DNA from: Candidatus Sysuimicrobiota bacterium
GTDB taxonomy: Bacteria; Sysuimicrobiota; Sysuimicrobiia; Sysuimicrobiales; Sysuimicrobiaceae
Direction: 5' to 3'
DNA length: 64,000 nucleotides
Assembly (NCBI GenBank): GCA_040289515.1
Contig: PSLI01000005.1
Location: 1-64,000, forward strand
In this document: one piece after another, positions 49,201 through 63,535 of the stretch
Position numbering within the stretch: position 1 is the stretch's first letter
Layout: every line of letters begins with the position of its first letter
Notes under the pieces: model-generated
The model's input: only the letters and a program-made list of their open reading frames with translations
Database searches by the model: none
Told to the model about the DNA's origin: nothing
Translations under genes and position numbers: made by a program

Positions 49201-50659
49201 CGCGCACGTGGCGGTGAAGCTGGTGGCCACCACCGGGGTTGGCACCATCGCCTCCGGCGTGGCCAAGGGTTTCGCGGACGTGGTGCAGATCAGCGGTCAC
49301 GAGGGCGGCACCGGTGCTTCCCCCCTGGACTCCATCAAGAACGCAGGGCTGCCCTGGGAGGTGGGGTTGAGCGAGGTCCGCCGAGCGTTGAGCGCCAACG
49401 GCCTGCGGGGTCGGGTGCGGATCCGGGTGGACGGCGGGTTCAAGGTGGGCCGGGACGTGGTGCTGGCAGCCCTACTGGGGGCGGACGAGTTTGGGTTTGG
49501 CACCGCGGCCCTGGTGGCCCTGGGCTGCGTCATGGCCCGGCAGTGCCACAACAACACCTGCCCCGTGGGCATCGCCACCCAGCGGGAGGACCTGCGCAGC
49601 AAGTTCCCGGGTACGCCCGAGCGGGTGGAGGCGTACTTCCGGGCCCTGGCGGAGGACGTGCGGCGACAGCTGGCCCAGATGGGTGCGCGCTCCCTGGAGG
49701 AGATCATCGGGCGCGTGGACCTCCTCCGGGTTCGGGACGACGTGCGCCTGAACCGCGCCGAGCAGCTGGACCTGTCCGAGCTTTTACAGCCCGCACACGG
49801 CCAGACCCGAGGCAGCTTTGCGGCCCCCCTGCCCGTGGAGGGTCCGTTGAACCGGCTGCTGGTGGAGCAGTACCGGCAGACCATCGAGCACGGCGTGCCC
49901 GCGGAGGGACACCACCCCATCACGAACCGGGACCGCACCGTGGGCGCCACCCTGGCGGGCGAGATCGCGCAGCGGTGGGGTGACGCGGGCCTGCCGGAGG
50001 GCACCCTCCGCCTCACCTTCGAGGGGGAAGCCGGCCAGAGCTTCGGGGCCTTCTGCATGCCGGGCATGCAGCTGCGCCTGGTGGGCGAGGCCAACGACTA
50101 CGCGGGCAAGGGGATGTCGGGGGGTGAGATCGTCCTGGTGCCGCCGCCTCCGTTGCACCGGGACAGCTGGCGGCACGTCATCGTGGGCAACACGGTGCTG
50201 TACGGAGCCACCGGCGGGGTGTTCTTCGCCGCCGGCCGGGCTGGGGAGCGGTTCGCAGTGCGCAACAGCGGCGCGGTGGCGGTGGTGGAGGGCGCGGGAG
50301 ACCACTGCTGCGAGTACATGACCGGCGGTGTGGTGGTGGTCCTGGGTCCCGTGGGCCGCAACGTCGGTGCGGGCATGACGGGCGGGCGCGCCTACGTGCT
50401 GGACGAGGCGGGCGTGCTGGATCGCCAGATCAACGCCGACTCTGTACAGACCGCGCCCCTGTCCGAGCCGGAGGCGGAAGAGCTGCGGGCGCTTTTGGTG
50501 GGCTACCACGAGGCCACGGGAAGCCACCGGGCCCAGCTGCTCCTGCGGCGGTGGCCGCGCGTGGTGCACCAGTTCCGGGCGGTGCGGCCGCGCTCCGCGG
50601 CGGAAGTCCCCGTGCAGGTGCCCGCCCGAAGCACCGGTGCAGCCCGCCGGGCCCGTTGA
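46256..50659 (+). CDS. gltB: Glutamate synthase large subunit
   Basis: ERDACGVGF, HNGEINT, MSHGALS, IKQVASGRFGVT, EIKMAQGSKPGEGGQL, 3Fe-4S Cys motif, GXGXG domain. Confidence 0.97.
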   Translation: MTSLAAFPERDACGVGFVARLDGVPSHAVLQAALRALRNLAHRGAQAADGRTGDGAGILTEIPHGLFARVLREMGYRGDEGPLVVGMFFFPTAEDRYRACREACDAEFARAGLRLLGWRTPPVQPKALGEYALRTLPRIQQALLTPLVEWEPEALERHLYLVRRRIEKRTASLGLYIPSLSCRTVVYKALVSAPQLERFYLDLQDQDFAVRAAVFHQRYSTNTHPSWQLAQPFRLVAHNGEINTLLGNVNWMRAREGDLRSSVWEDRLQELLPVIQDGGSDSAMLDNVLELVRRSGRDLPHAVRMLVPEAWEGAWNLDAAVRAFYRYHACLAEPWDGPAALAFFDGRTVGMALDRNGLRPARYTVTHEGLVVAGSEVGVLPIPPGRVLEKGRLGPGEMVVVDLEERRFLHHPEILQRLSRRRPYVKWVERLVRVEPKPKSCSPEERVDLLHLAFGYTKEDLQRVLQAMAAEGKDPVGSMGDDTPPSALSSQPRLLYQFFRQRFAQVTNPPIDPLRERVVMSLEVRLGARRSFLEEGPEHADLVELASPVLPDLDWLEEVPLQPKLLDATFEAERGAHGLEEALDHLCRQAEEAVRAGCTALVLSDRRVNRERAPIPALLATAAVHHHLIRRGLRLRTALLVETGEAREVHHVACLVGYGAEGVYPYLALATAQRLSSQGAGNLKKALEAGLLKVMAKMGIAPLQAYCGAQIFETIGLEQSLVDRYFPGTPNHVPGVGLAALARDVLERHAAYRRALAGEPATVPDLGFYRYRHGGEQHGFEPDVVKAIHRVSLNGPAAYPDLAELVSARPPQALRDLLEIQPAGPPVPLEEVEPAERILRRFVISAMSHGALSREAHETLAIAANRLGMRCNSGEGGEDPARRQVRPNGDWPNTTIKQVASGRFGVTAGYLRSAVELEIKMAQGSKPGEGGQLLGHKVTEEIARLRKTQPGTALISPPPHHDIYSIEDLAQLIYDLKQVHPTAHVAVKLVATTGVGTIASGVAKGFADVVQISGHEGGTGASPLDSIKNAGLPWEVGLSEVRRALSANGLRGRVRIRVDGGFKVGRDVVLAALLGADEFGFGTAALVALGCVMARQCHNNTCPVGIATQREDLRSKFPGTPERVEAYFRALAEDVRRQLAQMGARSLEEIIGRVDLLRVRDDVRLNRAEQLDLSELLQPAHGQTRGSFAAPLPVEGPLNRLLVEQYRQTIEHGVPAEGHHPITNRDRTVGATLAGEIAQRWGDAGLPEGTLRLTFEGEAGQSFGAFCMPGMQLRLVGEANDYAGKGMSGGEIVLVPPPPLHRDSWRHVIVGNTVLYGATGGVFFAAGRAGERFAVRNSGAVAVVEGAGDHCCEYMTGGVVVVLGPVGRNVGAGMTGGRAYVLDEAGVLDRQINADSVQTAPLSEPEAEELRALLVGYHEATGSHRAQLLLRRWPRVVHQFRAVRPRSAAEVPVQVPARSTGAARRAR

Positions 50660-50785
50660 CACGGGCCCGCGGGCGGGTTACCCTCAGCTCGAAACCTGAA
50701 GCCGCGCCAGGACGCCGGCCCGACAGCCGGCGTCTCCTTTTTCGGAGGCCAAGACGCCCCGACCGGCCGGGCGCTGCTCTTTTTT
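50656..50785 (+). promoter_or_regulatory. Promoter and leader with two hexaloop hairpins each overlapping a terminator (candidate ANTAR targets)
   Basis: TTGACA-17-TACCCT; loops CAGGAC (50708-50713) and CAAGAC (50750-50755); terminators 50711-50742 and 50755-50785. Confidence 0.75.
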
Positions 50786-50807
50786 CAAACAGGCAAGGGG
50801 GTCCAGC

Positions 50808-51395
50808 GTGAGCAAGCGGATCGTGATCGCCGAGGACGAGGCGGTGGTCCGCATGGGGGTGCGGGCCATCCTGGAGGCGGCGGGCTACCGGGTGGCAGGA
50901 GAGGCGGCCAACGGCGAGGAGTGCCTGGAGCTGGTGCGCTCCTGCGACCCCGACCTCGTGATCCTGGACGTGCGCATGTCCCCGCCGGACGGCATCGAGG
51001 TGGCCCGTCGGCTGCGGGAGACGTCCCCACGGCCGGTGGTGTTCCTCACCGCCTTCAGCGACCGGCAGCTGCTGGAGGCCGCCGCGGAAGCCGGAGCCTA
51101 CGGATACGTGGTAAAGCCCGTGGTGGGCGCAGAGCTGCTGGCGGCCGTGGAGCTGGCCTGGGCCCGCTGGCGCGACCTGCAGGAGGCCCGGGAGGCCCTG
51201 CAGACCCGCAAGCTGGTGGAGCGGGCCAAGGGCGTGCTGATGCGGCGGCTGGGGCTCGGGGAGGAGGAAGCGTACCGCCTGCTGCAGCGCCGCAGCCGTA
51301 ACCTGCGGCGCCCCATGCGGGAGGTGGCGCAGGCGGTCCTGGTGCAGGAGGAGATCGTCTCGCAGTCCTCCAAGCCAAAGCCGAAACCCCGTTGA
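50808..51395 (+). CDS. ANTAR-domain response regulator (second paralog)
   Basis: AEDE, LDVRM, TAFS, KP receiver; RKLVERAKGVLM...EEEAYRLLQ ANTAR. Confidence 0.93.
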   Translation: MSKRIVIAEDEAVVRMGVRAILEAAGYRVAGEAANGEECLELVRSCDPDLVILDVRMSPPDGIEVARRLRETSPRPVVFLTAFSDRQLLEAAAEAGAYGYVVKPVVGAELLAAVELAWARWRDLQEAREALQTRKLVERAKGVLMRRLGLGEEEAYRLLQRRSRNLRRPMREVAQAVLVQEEIVSQSSKPKPKPR

Positions 51396-51523
51396 CAACC
51401 GCCCGCGGGGTTGGTATAAGAACGGTAGGCTGGGCCGGGACGCCCGTGGGTGCGGACGTCCCGGCCCTTTGTGTTTCGCAGACACTTCGGGCCAGGACGC
51501 CCTCCCGGGCGTCCTGTGCTTTT
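51392..51523 (+). promoter_or_regulatory. amtB promoter and leader with two hexaloop hairpin/terminator units (candidate ANTAR targets)
   Basis: TTGACA-17-TATAAG; GGGC-CGGGAC-GCCC 51432-51445 and GGGC-CAGGAC-GCCC 51489-51502; terminators 51432-51476 and 51493-51523. Confidence 0.8.
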
Positions 51524-51536
51524 CCGGGAGGGAGCG

Positions 51537-52900
51537 ATGCGTAGACTCGGCATCCTGGTTGGTGCTTTTGCCCTGCTGGCCTGCGCCCCCGCCGCCTGGG
51601 CCGCAGACCCCGCGGGGCCGCTACCCTGAAGGCCAGCCCGTCCGCACCGGTGAACTTCACCTGGACCTTGGTGGCGGCTTTCCTGGTGTTCTTCATGCAG
51701 GCGGGGTTCGCCCTCTTGGGCGCGGGTCTTATTCGCTCCAAGAACACCGTCAACTACCTCACCAAGAGCTACATGGACTTCAGCATCGCGGCCCTCAGCT
51801 ACTGGGCCTTCGGCTTCGCCCTCATGTTCGGCGGCAGCAAGCTGGCTAGCGGCCTGGAGTACGGGAACGCCTGGGTGGGGCTTTCGGGCTTCTTCCTGAG
51901 CGGCGCGGCCTACGACGTTACCACGACCCTGTATTGGTTCTTCCAGATGGTGTTCGCGGCCACCGCGGCCACCATCGTGGCGGGCGCCGTGGCGGAGCGC
52001 ACCAAGATCCAGGCATACCTGGCGTACAGCTTCATCGTGAGCGCCCTCATCTACCCGATCTACGGGCACTGGGTGTGGGGCGGGGGCTGGCTGGCCAACC
52101 TCCCCTTCGGGGCGGGGGCGAAGGACTTCGCGGGTTCCGGCGTGGTGCACACGGTGGGCGGTCTGCTGGGCCTGATGGGTGCCGCCATGGTGGGGCCCCG
52201 AATCGGCAAGTTCAACCCCGACGGAACCCCCAACCCCATCCCCGGCCACAACATGGTGTACGTGGTCACGGGCACCTTCATCCTGTTCTTCGGGTGGTTC
52301 GGCTTCAACCCGGGTAGCACCCTGGCCGCCACGGACCTGCGCATCTCCATCATCGCGGTGAACACCTTCCTGGCCGGTGCGGCGGGCGGCGTGGTGGCTT
52401 TGTACGCCACCCTGGCCCGCACGGGCAAGGCCGACATCGCCATGGCCTGCAACGGCGCCCTGGCGGGCCTGGTGGGCATCACGGCCCCCTGCGCCTACGT
52501 GGCCCCGTGGGCCGCGGTGGTGATCGGCGGCGTGGCGGCCCTGGTCATGATGTGGAGCCTCGGGTTTGTGGAGCGGGTGCTGAAGGTGGACGACCCCGTG
52601 GGCGCGGTATCCGTGCACGCCGCGGGTGGCCTGTGGGGGCTGCTGGCGGTGGGGATCTTCGCGGACGGTACTTACCAGAACGTCCGCGGCCTCATCGTGG
52701 GCGAGGTGGGCCAGCTGATCGCACAGCTGATCAGCATGGGTGCGGTGACCGTGTGGACCCTCGCCACCGGGTACCTGATGTTCGCCCTGCTCCGGGCCAC
52801 CATCGGGCTGCGGGCCTCCCGGGAGGAGGAGTTGCAGGGCCTGGACATCCCCGAGCACGGAGTGCCCGCCTACGTCCTGGAGCCCGCGCCCGGGCTGTAG
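51537..52900 (+). CDS. amtB: Ammonium transporter, frameshift after the signal peptide (51614-51617)
   Basis: FMQAGFA, GAVAER, DFAGSGVVH, GWFGFN, DDPVGAVSVH; ATG 51537 with RBS encodes a signal peptide out of frame with the body (51650-52900). Confidence 0.92.
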
Positions 52901-52949
52901 GAGGAGAGGTTTGCACGGCCACACTTTCCGGAAAGGAGGTCGGAGGTCC

Positions 52950-53057
52950 ATGGAAGCTTGGCTCGCACTGGGATCCTTCGTGCTGCTGTTCTGCGCGTGG
53001 GTGGTGCTGCCCAGCCGGCTTTTGCGGCGCGCGCGGCGGGCCGAGGAGGAGGTTTGA
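52950..53057 (+). CDS. 35-aa single-pass membrane peptide
   Basis: Not in ORF track; RBS AAAGGAGGTCGGAGG; MEAWLALGSFVLLFCAWVVLPSRLLRRARRAEEEV*. Confidence 0.7.
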   Translation: MEAWLALGSFVLLFCAWVVLPSRLLRRARRAEEEV

Positions 53058-53157
53058 CAGCCGGCCCGGGGTTGTGCTATAAGAGCTGCGAACCCAATCG
53101 GGAATCCTGCGGGCCGCGACGCCCCTGCGCCATCGGCGCCGGGGCGTCTTTGCGTTT
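53054..53157 (+). promoter_or_regulatory. glnA promoter and leader with hexaloop hairpin/terminator (candidate ANTAR target)
   Basis: TTGACA-18-(TG.)TATAAG; GGGC-CGCGAC-GCCC 53111-53124; terminator 53118-53157. Confidence 0.75.
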
Positions 53158-53193
53158 CGGGGAAAGACTTCTGAGGAGCGGAGGTGCAGACAG

Positions 53194-54633
53194 ATGGTTC
53201 CAAGGACGCCCAGCGACGTGCTGGCCCTGATCAAGGAGAAGGAGATCCAGATGGTGGACCTGCGGTTCACCGACCTGCCGGGGACCTGGCAGCACACCTC
53301 CGTCCCCGCCTCCCAGGTAGACCTGTCCACCTTCACCAAGGGCATCGGGTTCGACGGCAGCAGCATCCGGGGCTTCCAGGCCATCCAGGAGAGCGACATG
53401 CTGCTGGTGCCAGACCCCAGCACCGCCTTCGTGGATCCCTTCCTGGAGATCCCCACTCTGGTCATGATCTGCGACGTGGTGGACCCGGAGACCCGGGCCC
53501 CCTACTCCCGTGACCCCCGGTACGTGGCCCGCAAGGCGGAGGCGTACCTGAAGGAAACGGGGATCGCGGACCTGAGCTTCTGGGGCCCGGAGATCGAGTT
53601 CTTCATCTTCGACCACGTCACCTACGAGGTGGCGCCCCACCGGATGGGCTACTCCATCGACAGCCGGGAGGGCATCTGGAACAGCGGCAACGGGGAAGGG
53701 AAGAATCTGGGCTACAAGATCCGGCCCAAGGAGGGGTACTTCCCCACCCCGCCCACCGACACCTTCCAGGACATCCGCAGCGAGGCGGCCCTCCTCCTGG
53801 AACGGATCGGCATCCCCGTGGAGATGCACCACCACGAGGTGGCCACCGCCGGCCAGGCGGAGGTGGACATGGAGCGGGACAGCCTGGTGCGCATGGCGGA
53901 CAAGGTCATGGTGTACAAGTACGTGATGCGGAACGTGGCCCGGCGCCACGGTTGCACCGTGACCTTTATGCCCAAACCCCTCTTCGGCGACAACGGGAAC
54001 GGCATGCACACCCACCAGAGCCTGTGGAAGGACGGCCGCAACCTGTTTTACGCGGAGGGCGGCTACGCGGAGCTCAGCCCTCTCGCCCTCCACTACGTGG
54101 CCGGTCTGCTCACCCACGTGGACAGCTTGCTGGGCTTCACCAGCCCCACCACCAACTCCTACAAGCGGCTGGTTCCCCACTACGAGGCGCCCGTGAACGT
54201 GGCCTTCAGCAAGCGCAACCGCAGCGCCTGCGTGCGCATCCCCATGTACTATTCCGGTCCGGAATCTGCGGCCAGCAAGCGGGTCGAGTTCCGGCCTCCG
54301 GATCCCAGCTGCAACCCGTACCTGGCCTTCGCGGCTATGCTCATGGCAGGGCTGGACGGCGTTCGCCGGAAGCTGGACGCTTCCCCCTTCGGGTCCCTGG
54401 ACGTGAACACCTATGAGTTGCCGCCGGAGGAGGCAGCCCGGGTGAAGAGCGTGCCCGGCTCCCTGGGGGCGGTGCTGGACGCCCTGGAGGCGGACCACGA
54501 GTACCTGCTGGAGGGCGACGTGTTCACCCGGGACCTGATCGACACCTGGGTGGCGTACAAGCGGGAACGCGAGCTCCACGAGGTGAACATCCGGCCCCAC
54601 CCGTACGAGTTCTACCTGTACTTCGACGTCTGA
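53194..54633 (+). CDS. glnA: Glutamine synthetase type I
   Basis: FDGSSIRGF, HHEVATAGQ, FMPKPLFGDNGNGMH, NRSACVRIP; adenylylation-site Tyr in NTYELPPEE. Confidence 0.97.
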   Translation: MVPRTPSDVLALIKEKEIQMVDLRFTDLPGTWQHTSVPASQVDLSTFTKGIGFDGSSIRGFQAIQESDMLLVPDPSTAFVDPFLEIPTLVMICDVVDPETRAPYSRDPRYVARKAEAYLKETGIADLSFWGPEIEFFIFDHVTYEVAPHRMGYSIDSREGIWNSGNGEGKNLGYKIRPKEGYFPTPPTDTFQDIRSEAALLLERIGIPVEMHHHEVATAGQAEVDMERDSLVRMADKVMVYKYVMRNVARRHGCTVTFMPKPLFGDNGNGMHTHQSLWKDGRNLFYAEGGYAELSPLALHYVAGLLTHVDSLLGFTSPTTNSYKRLVPHYEAPVNVAFSKRNRSACVRIPMYYSGPESAASKRVEFRPPDPSCNPYLAFAAMLMAGLDGVRRKLDASPFGSLDVNTYELPPEEAARVKSVPGSLGAVLDALEADHEYLLEGDVFTRDLIDTWVAYKRERELHEVNIRPHPYEFYLYFDV

Positions 54634-54641
54634 CGGCGCTT

Positions 54642-54672
54642 CTGGGGTCCGGGAGCACCTCCCGGGCCCCAG
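54642..54672. terminator. Hairpin between convergent glnA and EVE genes
   Basis: CTGGGGTCCGGGAG/CTCCCGGGCCCCAG stem. Confidence 0.65.
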
Positions 54673-54675
54673 CGT

Positions 54676-55083
54676 TCACAGCCCCGCCATCTGCAGCAGC
54701 ACCCGCCAGCTGGCCTCGTCCACGGGCACCACCGACAGCCGCGGCTGACGGACCAGGGCCAAGCCCCGCAGGCGAGCTTCCGCCTTGATCTGCGCCAGGG
54801 TCACGGGCCGGGGCAGTGCACGCACGGCCCGCACGTCTACCACCACCCGGCGGCCCGCCGGATCGCGGGGGTCGGGGTAGGCTTCCCGCACTACCTCCAC
54901 GATGCCCACCGCCTGCCGCTCCCGCCCCGTGTGGTAAAACAGGGCCAGGTCCCCGCGCCGCATGGCCCGCAGGTTCCGAACCGCCTGGGGGTTGGTCACC
55001 CCGTCCCACACATCCACCCCAGCACGCACCTGGTCGTCCCAGGACCACTCCTCCGGCTCAGTCTTCAAAATCCAGTACGCCAC
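54676..55083 (-). CDS. EVE domain protein
   Basis: YWILKTEP, WDGVTN, FYHTG, RQPRLSV. Confidence 0.9.
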   Translation of the reverse strand: MAYWILKTEPEEWSWDDQVRAGVDVWDGVTNPQAVRNLRAMRRGDLALFYHTGRERQAVGIVEVVREAYPDPRDPAGRRVVVDVRAVRALPRPVTLAQIKAEARLRGLALVRQPRLSVVPVDEASWRVLLQMAGL

Positions 55084-55164
55084 CGCTCCCTCCGGTGCGA
55101 GGCCTGCGGCCTTCATGCTAACATGGCGGCGGTTCTCCGCACGAAGCCACGGGGAGACGTAGGT

Positions 55165-58464
<3,300 letters not shown>

Positions 58465-58480
58465 CCGAGGGAGGCGAAGG

Positions 58481-59422
58481 ATGGACCGACGTGGGTGGCT
58501 GGTGGCGGCCGTCGCGCTGGGGGTGATCCTGGCGGCAGGTACGGTGGTGGCGGTGCGCTGGACGCGGCGGGGTCCTGCATTGGCGGCCACGGTGAACGGC
58601 GAGCCCATCTACGCCGCGGAGGTGGACCGCTACGTGCGGGAGATCGGTGCCCGGTTCGGGGTGGACTTCTCCAAGGGGGAGGCAGCCCGCCAGCGTGCCC
58701 AGGTCGCCCGCAGCGTACTGGACCAGCTCATCGACCGCACCCTCATCCTCCAGGAGGCTCGCCGGACCGGCCATCTCGCCTCGGAGGCTGAGGTGGACGC
58801 CCGGCTGGCGCAGATCGCTAAGAGCTTTCCCACCACGGAGGAGTTCGAGCGCACATTAAAGCAGCAGGGCGTCTCCCAAGCGGAGCTGCGGGAGCGGGTC
58901 CGGTTCGAGCTCACCGTGCGACGCCTTCTGGGCCGGATGCCCACCCCGGACGTGACGGAGCAGGAGGCCCGGGCGTACTTTGAATCGCACCGCAAGGCCT
59001 TCGACGAGCCGGAGCGGGTTCGGGCTCGCCACATCCTGGTGCAGACGGAATCCCAGGCCCGCCTGGTGCTGGCCCGCCTGCGGGCCGGGGAGCCCTTCGA
59101 CCGGCTGGCCCGGGAGCTGAGCCAGGACCCAGCTAGCCGCGACCAGGGCGGCGAGCTGGGCCTGGTGGCACCAGGCCAGACGGTTCCCGAGTTCGAGCGC
59201 GCTGCCTTTGCCCTCAAAGCCGGGCAGCTCAGCGAGCCGGTGCGGAGCCGTTTTGGCTATCACGTGATCCAGGTCACGCAGCGTCTGCCCGCCAAGGAGG
59301 CTACGTGGGAGGGGGTCCGCCAGCAGGTGCTGCAGCTGGTGCGGGAGAACAAGCGCCGGGAGGCTTTTGAAGCCTGGCTGAAGGGCGTGCGGGCGCGCGC
59401 CAGGATCGTGGCGTACCTGTGA
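58481..59422 (+). CDS. PrsA/SurA-like peptidyl-prolyl isomerase
   Basis: N-terminal TM, ARHILV, GGELG, EFERAAF, FGYHVI. Confidence 0.9.
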   Translation: MDRRGWLVAAVALGVILAAGTVVAVRWTRRGPALAATVNGEPIYAAEVDRYVREIGARFGVDFSKGEAARQRAQVARSVLDQLIDRTLILQEARRTGHLASEAEVDARLAQIAKSFPTTEEFERTLKQQGVSQAELRERVRFELTVRRLLGRMPTPDVTEQEARAYFESHRKAFDEPERVRARHILVQTESQARLVLARLRAGEPFDRLARELSQDPASRDQGGELGLVAPGQTVPEFERAAFALKAGQLSEPVRSRFGYHVIQVTQRLPAKEATWEGVRQQVLQLVRENKRREAFEAWLKGVRARARIVAYL

Positions 59423-60198
59423 GCCGGCCCACCTTCGAGGACCTGGTGCGGGTGATGGCGACCCTCCGGGGTCCCGGGGGCTGCCCCTGGGACCGGGAAC
59501 AGACGCACACCTCCCTGCGAGCCTATCTCCTGGAGGAGGCGTACGAGGTCCTCGAGGCCATCGACGCCGGCGACCCGCAGCGCCTCCGGGAGGAACTGGG
59601 GGACCTGCTGCTGCAGGTGGTCTTCCACGCCCAGATCGCCTCCGAGCGCGGAGCGTTCACCATCTGGGACGTGGTGGCGGGCATCCACGACAAGCTGGTG
59701 CGTCGCCACCCCCACGTGTTCGGCGGATTACAGGGGATCCAGACCGCCCAGCAGGTGAAGGAGCGGTGGGACGCTCTGAAGCGCGCGGAGCGCCCAGACG
59801 CTGGGTCCGCCCTGGACGGGGTCCCCCCCTCCCTGCCGGCCCTGGCCCGCGCCCAGAAGCTGTACCAGCGGGCCTCGCAGGCGGGCTTCGAGTGGCCCAA
59901 CGCGCGCAGCGCCCTGGACAAGGTGCACGAGGAGCTGGCCGAGCTGGACGCGGCGGTGAACATGCGGGACGCCGCCGCCATCCACGAGGAGGTCGGGGAC
60001 GTCCTCCTGACGGTGGCAAAGGTGAGCGTCTTCGTGGGCGTGGACGCCGAGCAGGCGCTCCGGGACGCCTGCGGGAAGTTCATCCGCCGCTTCCAGTCCC
60101 TGGAACGGCTGGCGGCAGAGCGGGGCCAGCGTATCGAACAGCTGTCCCTGCCGGAGCTGGAGGACCTGTGGCGGGAGGCCAAACACGCCGCGGGCTAG
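59419..60198 (+). CDS. mazG: Nucleoside triphosphate pyrophosphohydrolase MazG
   Basis: GGCPWDREQT, EEAYE, EELGDLLLQ, RRHPHVF. Confidence 0.95.
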   Translation: MSRPTFEDLVRVMATLRGPGGCPWDREQTHTSLRAYLLEEAYEVLEAIDAGDPQRLREELGDLLLQVVFHAQIASERGAFTIWDVVAGIHDKLVRRHPHVFGGLQGIQTAQQVKERWDALKRAERPDAGSALDGVPPSLPALARAQKLYQRASQAGFEWPNARSALDKVHEELAELDAAVNMRDAAAIHEEVGDVLLTVAKVSVFVGVDAEQALRDACGKFIRRFQSLERLAAERGQRIEQLSLPELEDLWREAKHAAG

Positions 60199-60205
60199 GC
60201 TCCCT

Positions 60206-62453
<2,248 letters not shown>

Positions 62454-62555
62454 AGGCTCTCCTGTGGGGATGTCTCTGCAGCAGGAGACCGCGGTCCCCT
62501 CCGCGAAGGCCTGCAACGGCACAGGGGTGCCCTGAGGTGCCCACGGAGCGCATAC

Positions 62556-62885
62556 GTGGCGACCGACGCAGCGACGTTGCTCCGCCCACGGCGGGTGGCC
62601 TGGCTTCTGGGGCTGGCGGGCGCGGGATTGCTGGCCTTCTCCTCCGCGCAGGCGGTGCTGCGTCTGTACCACCTGACCGGCCAGCTGGCGCAGCTGGAGC
62701 ACCGGCGCGACGCTCTGCTGCGGGAGAACCGTCGTCTGCGGGAGGAGCTCCGCCGGCTAAAGGATCCTGCCTATGTGGAACGCCTTGCGCGGGAGCAGCT
62801 GGGCCTGGTGCGCCCCGGGGAGATCGCCGTGGTGCTGATCCCCGAGCCCACCCCTTCCCCGCGCCCCAGCCCGCGTGCCCGCTAG
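62556..62885 (+). CDS. Septum formation initiator (DivIC/FtsB family)
   Basis: TM plus coiled coil plus YVERLAREQLGLVRPGE. Confidence 0.88.
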   Translation: MATDAATLLRPRRVAWLLGLAGAGLLAFSSAQAVLRLYHLTGQLAQLEHRRDALLRENRRLREELRRLKDPAYVERLAREQLGLVRPGEIAVVLIPEPTPSPRPSPRAR

Positions 62886-62986
62886 CTCGGTTCCAGGACT
62901 GGGCACTTGCGGCCGGGGCGACCCTCTGGGAACAGCAAGGCCCGGCACGGACTACGTCCGTGCCGGGCCCGCTGGACACCCTCCGG

Positions 62987-63490
62987 TCACCGCGCCGCTC
63001 CGGCCAGCATCCTCTCGCCGGGTCCGGCCACCTCCACGGTTACCTTCCGCGGCAGGGCGCTCTCCACCACGGGGATCCGGATCTCCAGGACGCCGTGCTC
63101 GTACCGCGCGGACACCTGGTCCGTCTTCAGGTGCTGCGGCAGGGTGAGAGTCCGCTCGAACCGCCCGTAGGCCACCTCACTGAACAGGTAGTCGTCCCGG
63201 GGCACGTCCAGCCCCAGCTTGCGCTCGCCGCGGATGGTGAGCACATTGTCCGTCACGGTCACGTCCACGCTGTTCGGATCCACCCCGGGCAGGAAGCACC
63301 GCAGCACCAGAGCGCCCCCGTGGTAGAAGGCCTCCATGGGAGGCACCCACTCCGCAGTCCGGGCCCTCACGCCCAGGGCCGCCTCCGTGGTGCCCAGCAC
63401 CCGGTCAAAGAGGTTACTGATCTCCCGCTGGATGGCGCGGATCTCCTCGAAGGGGTCCCACCGATTCCACCGGCTCAGCACCTTCACCAC
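62987..63490 (-). CDS. Hsp20/alpha-crystallin small heat shock protein
   Basis: WDPFEE, LPGVD, LTIRGER, YGRFERTLTLP, ARYEHGVLEI. Confidence 0.93.
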   Translation of the reverse strand: MVKVLSRWNRWDPFEEIRAIQREISNLFDRVLGTTEAALGVRARTAEWVPPMEAFYHGGALVLRCFLPGVDPNSVDVTVTDNVLTIRGERKLGLDVPRDDYLFSEVAYGRFERTLTLPQHLKTDQVSARYEHGVLEIRIPVVESALPRKVTVEVAGPGERMLAGAAR

Positions 63491-63535
63491 CTCCTCTCCC
63501 GAGTGTCAAGGGGAGCGTTTCACACTCCCATAGGT

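Noticed and set aside
62454..62555. Structured RNA before divIC
   Set aside because: Only short GC pairings expected by chance; no recognisable motif
63480..63510. CIRCE element before hsp20
   Set aside because: Only one half (TTGACACTC) resembles the consensus
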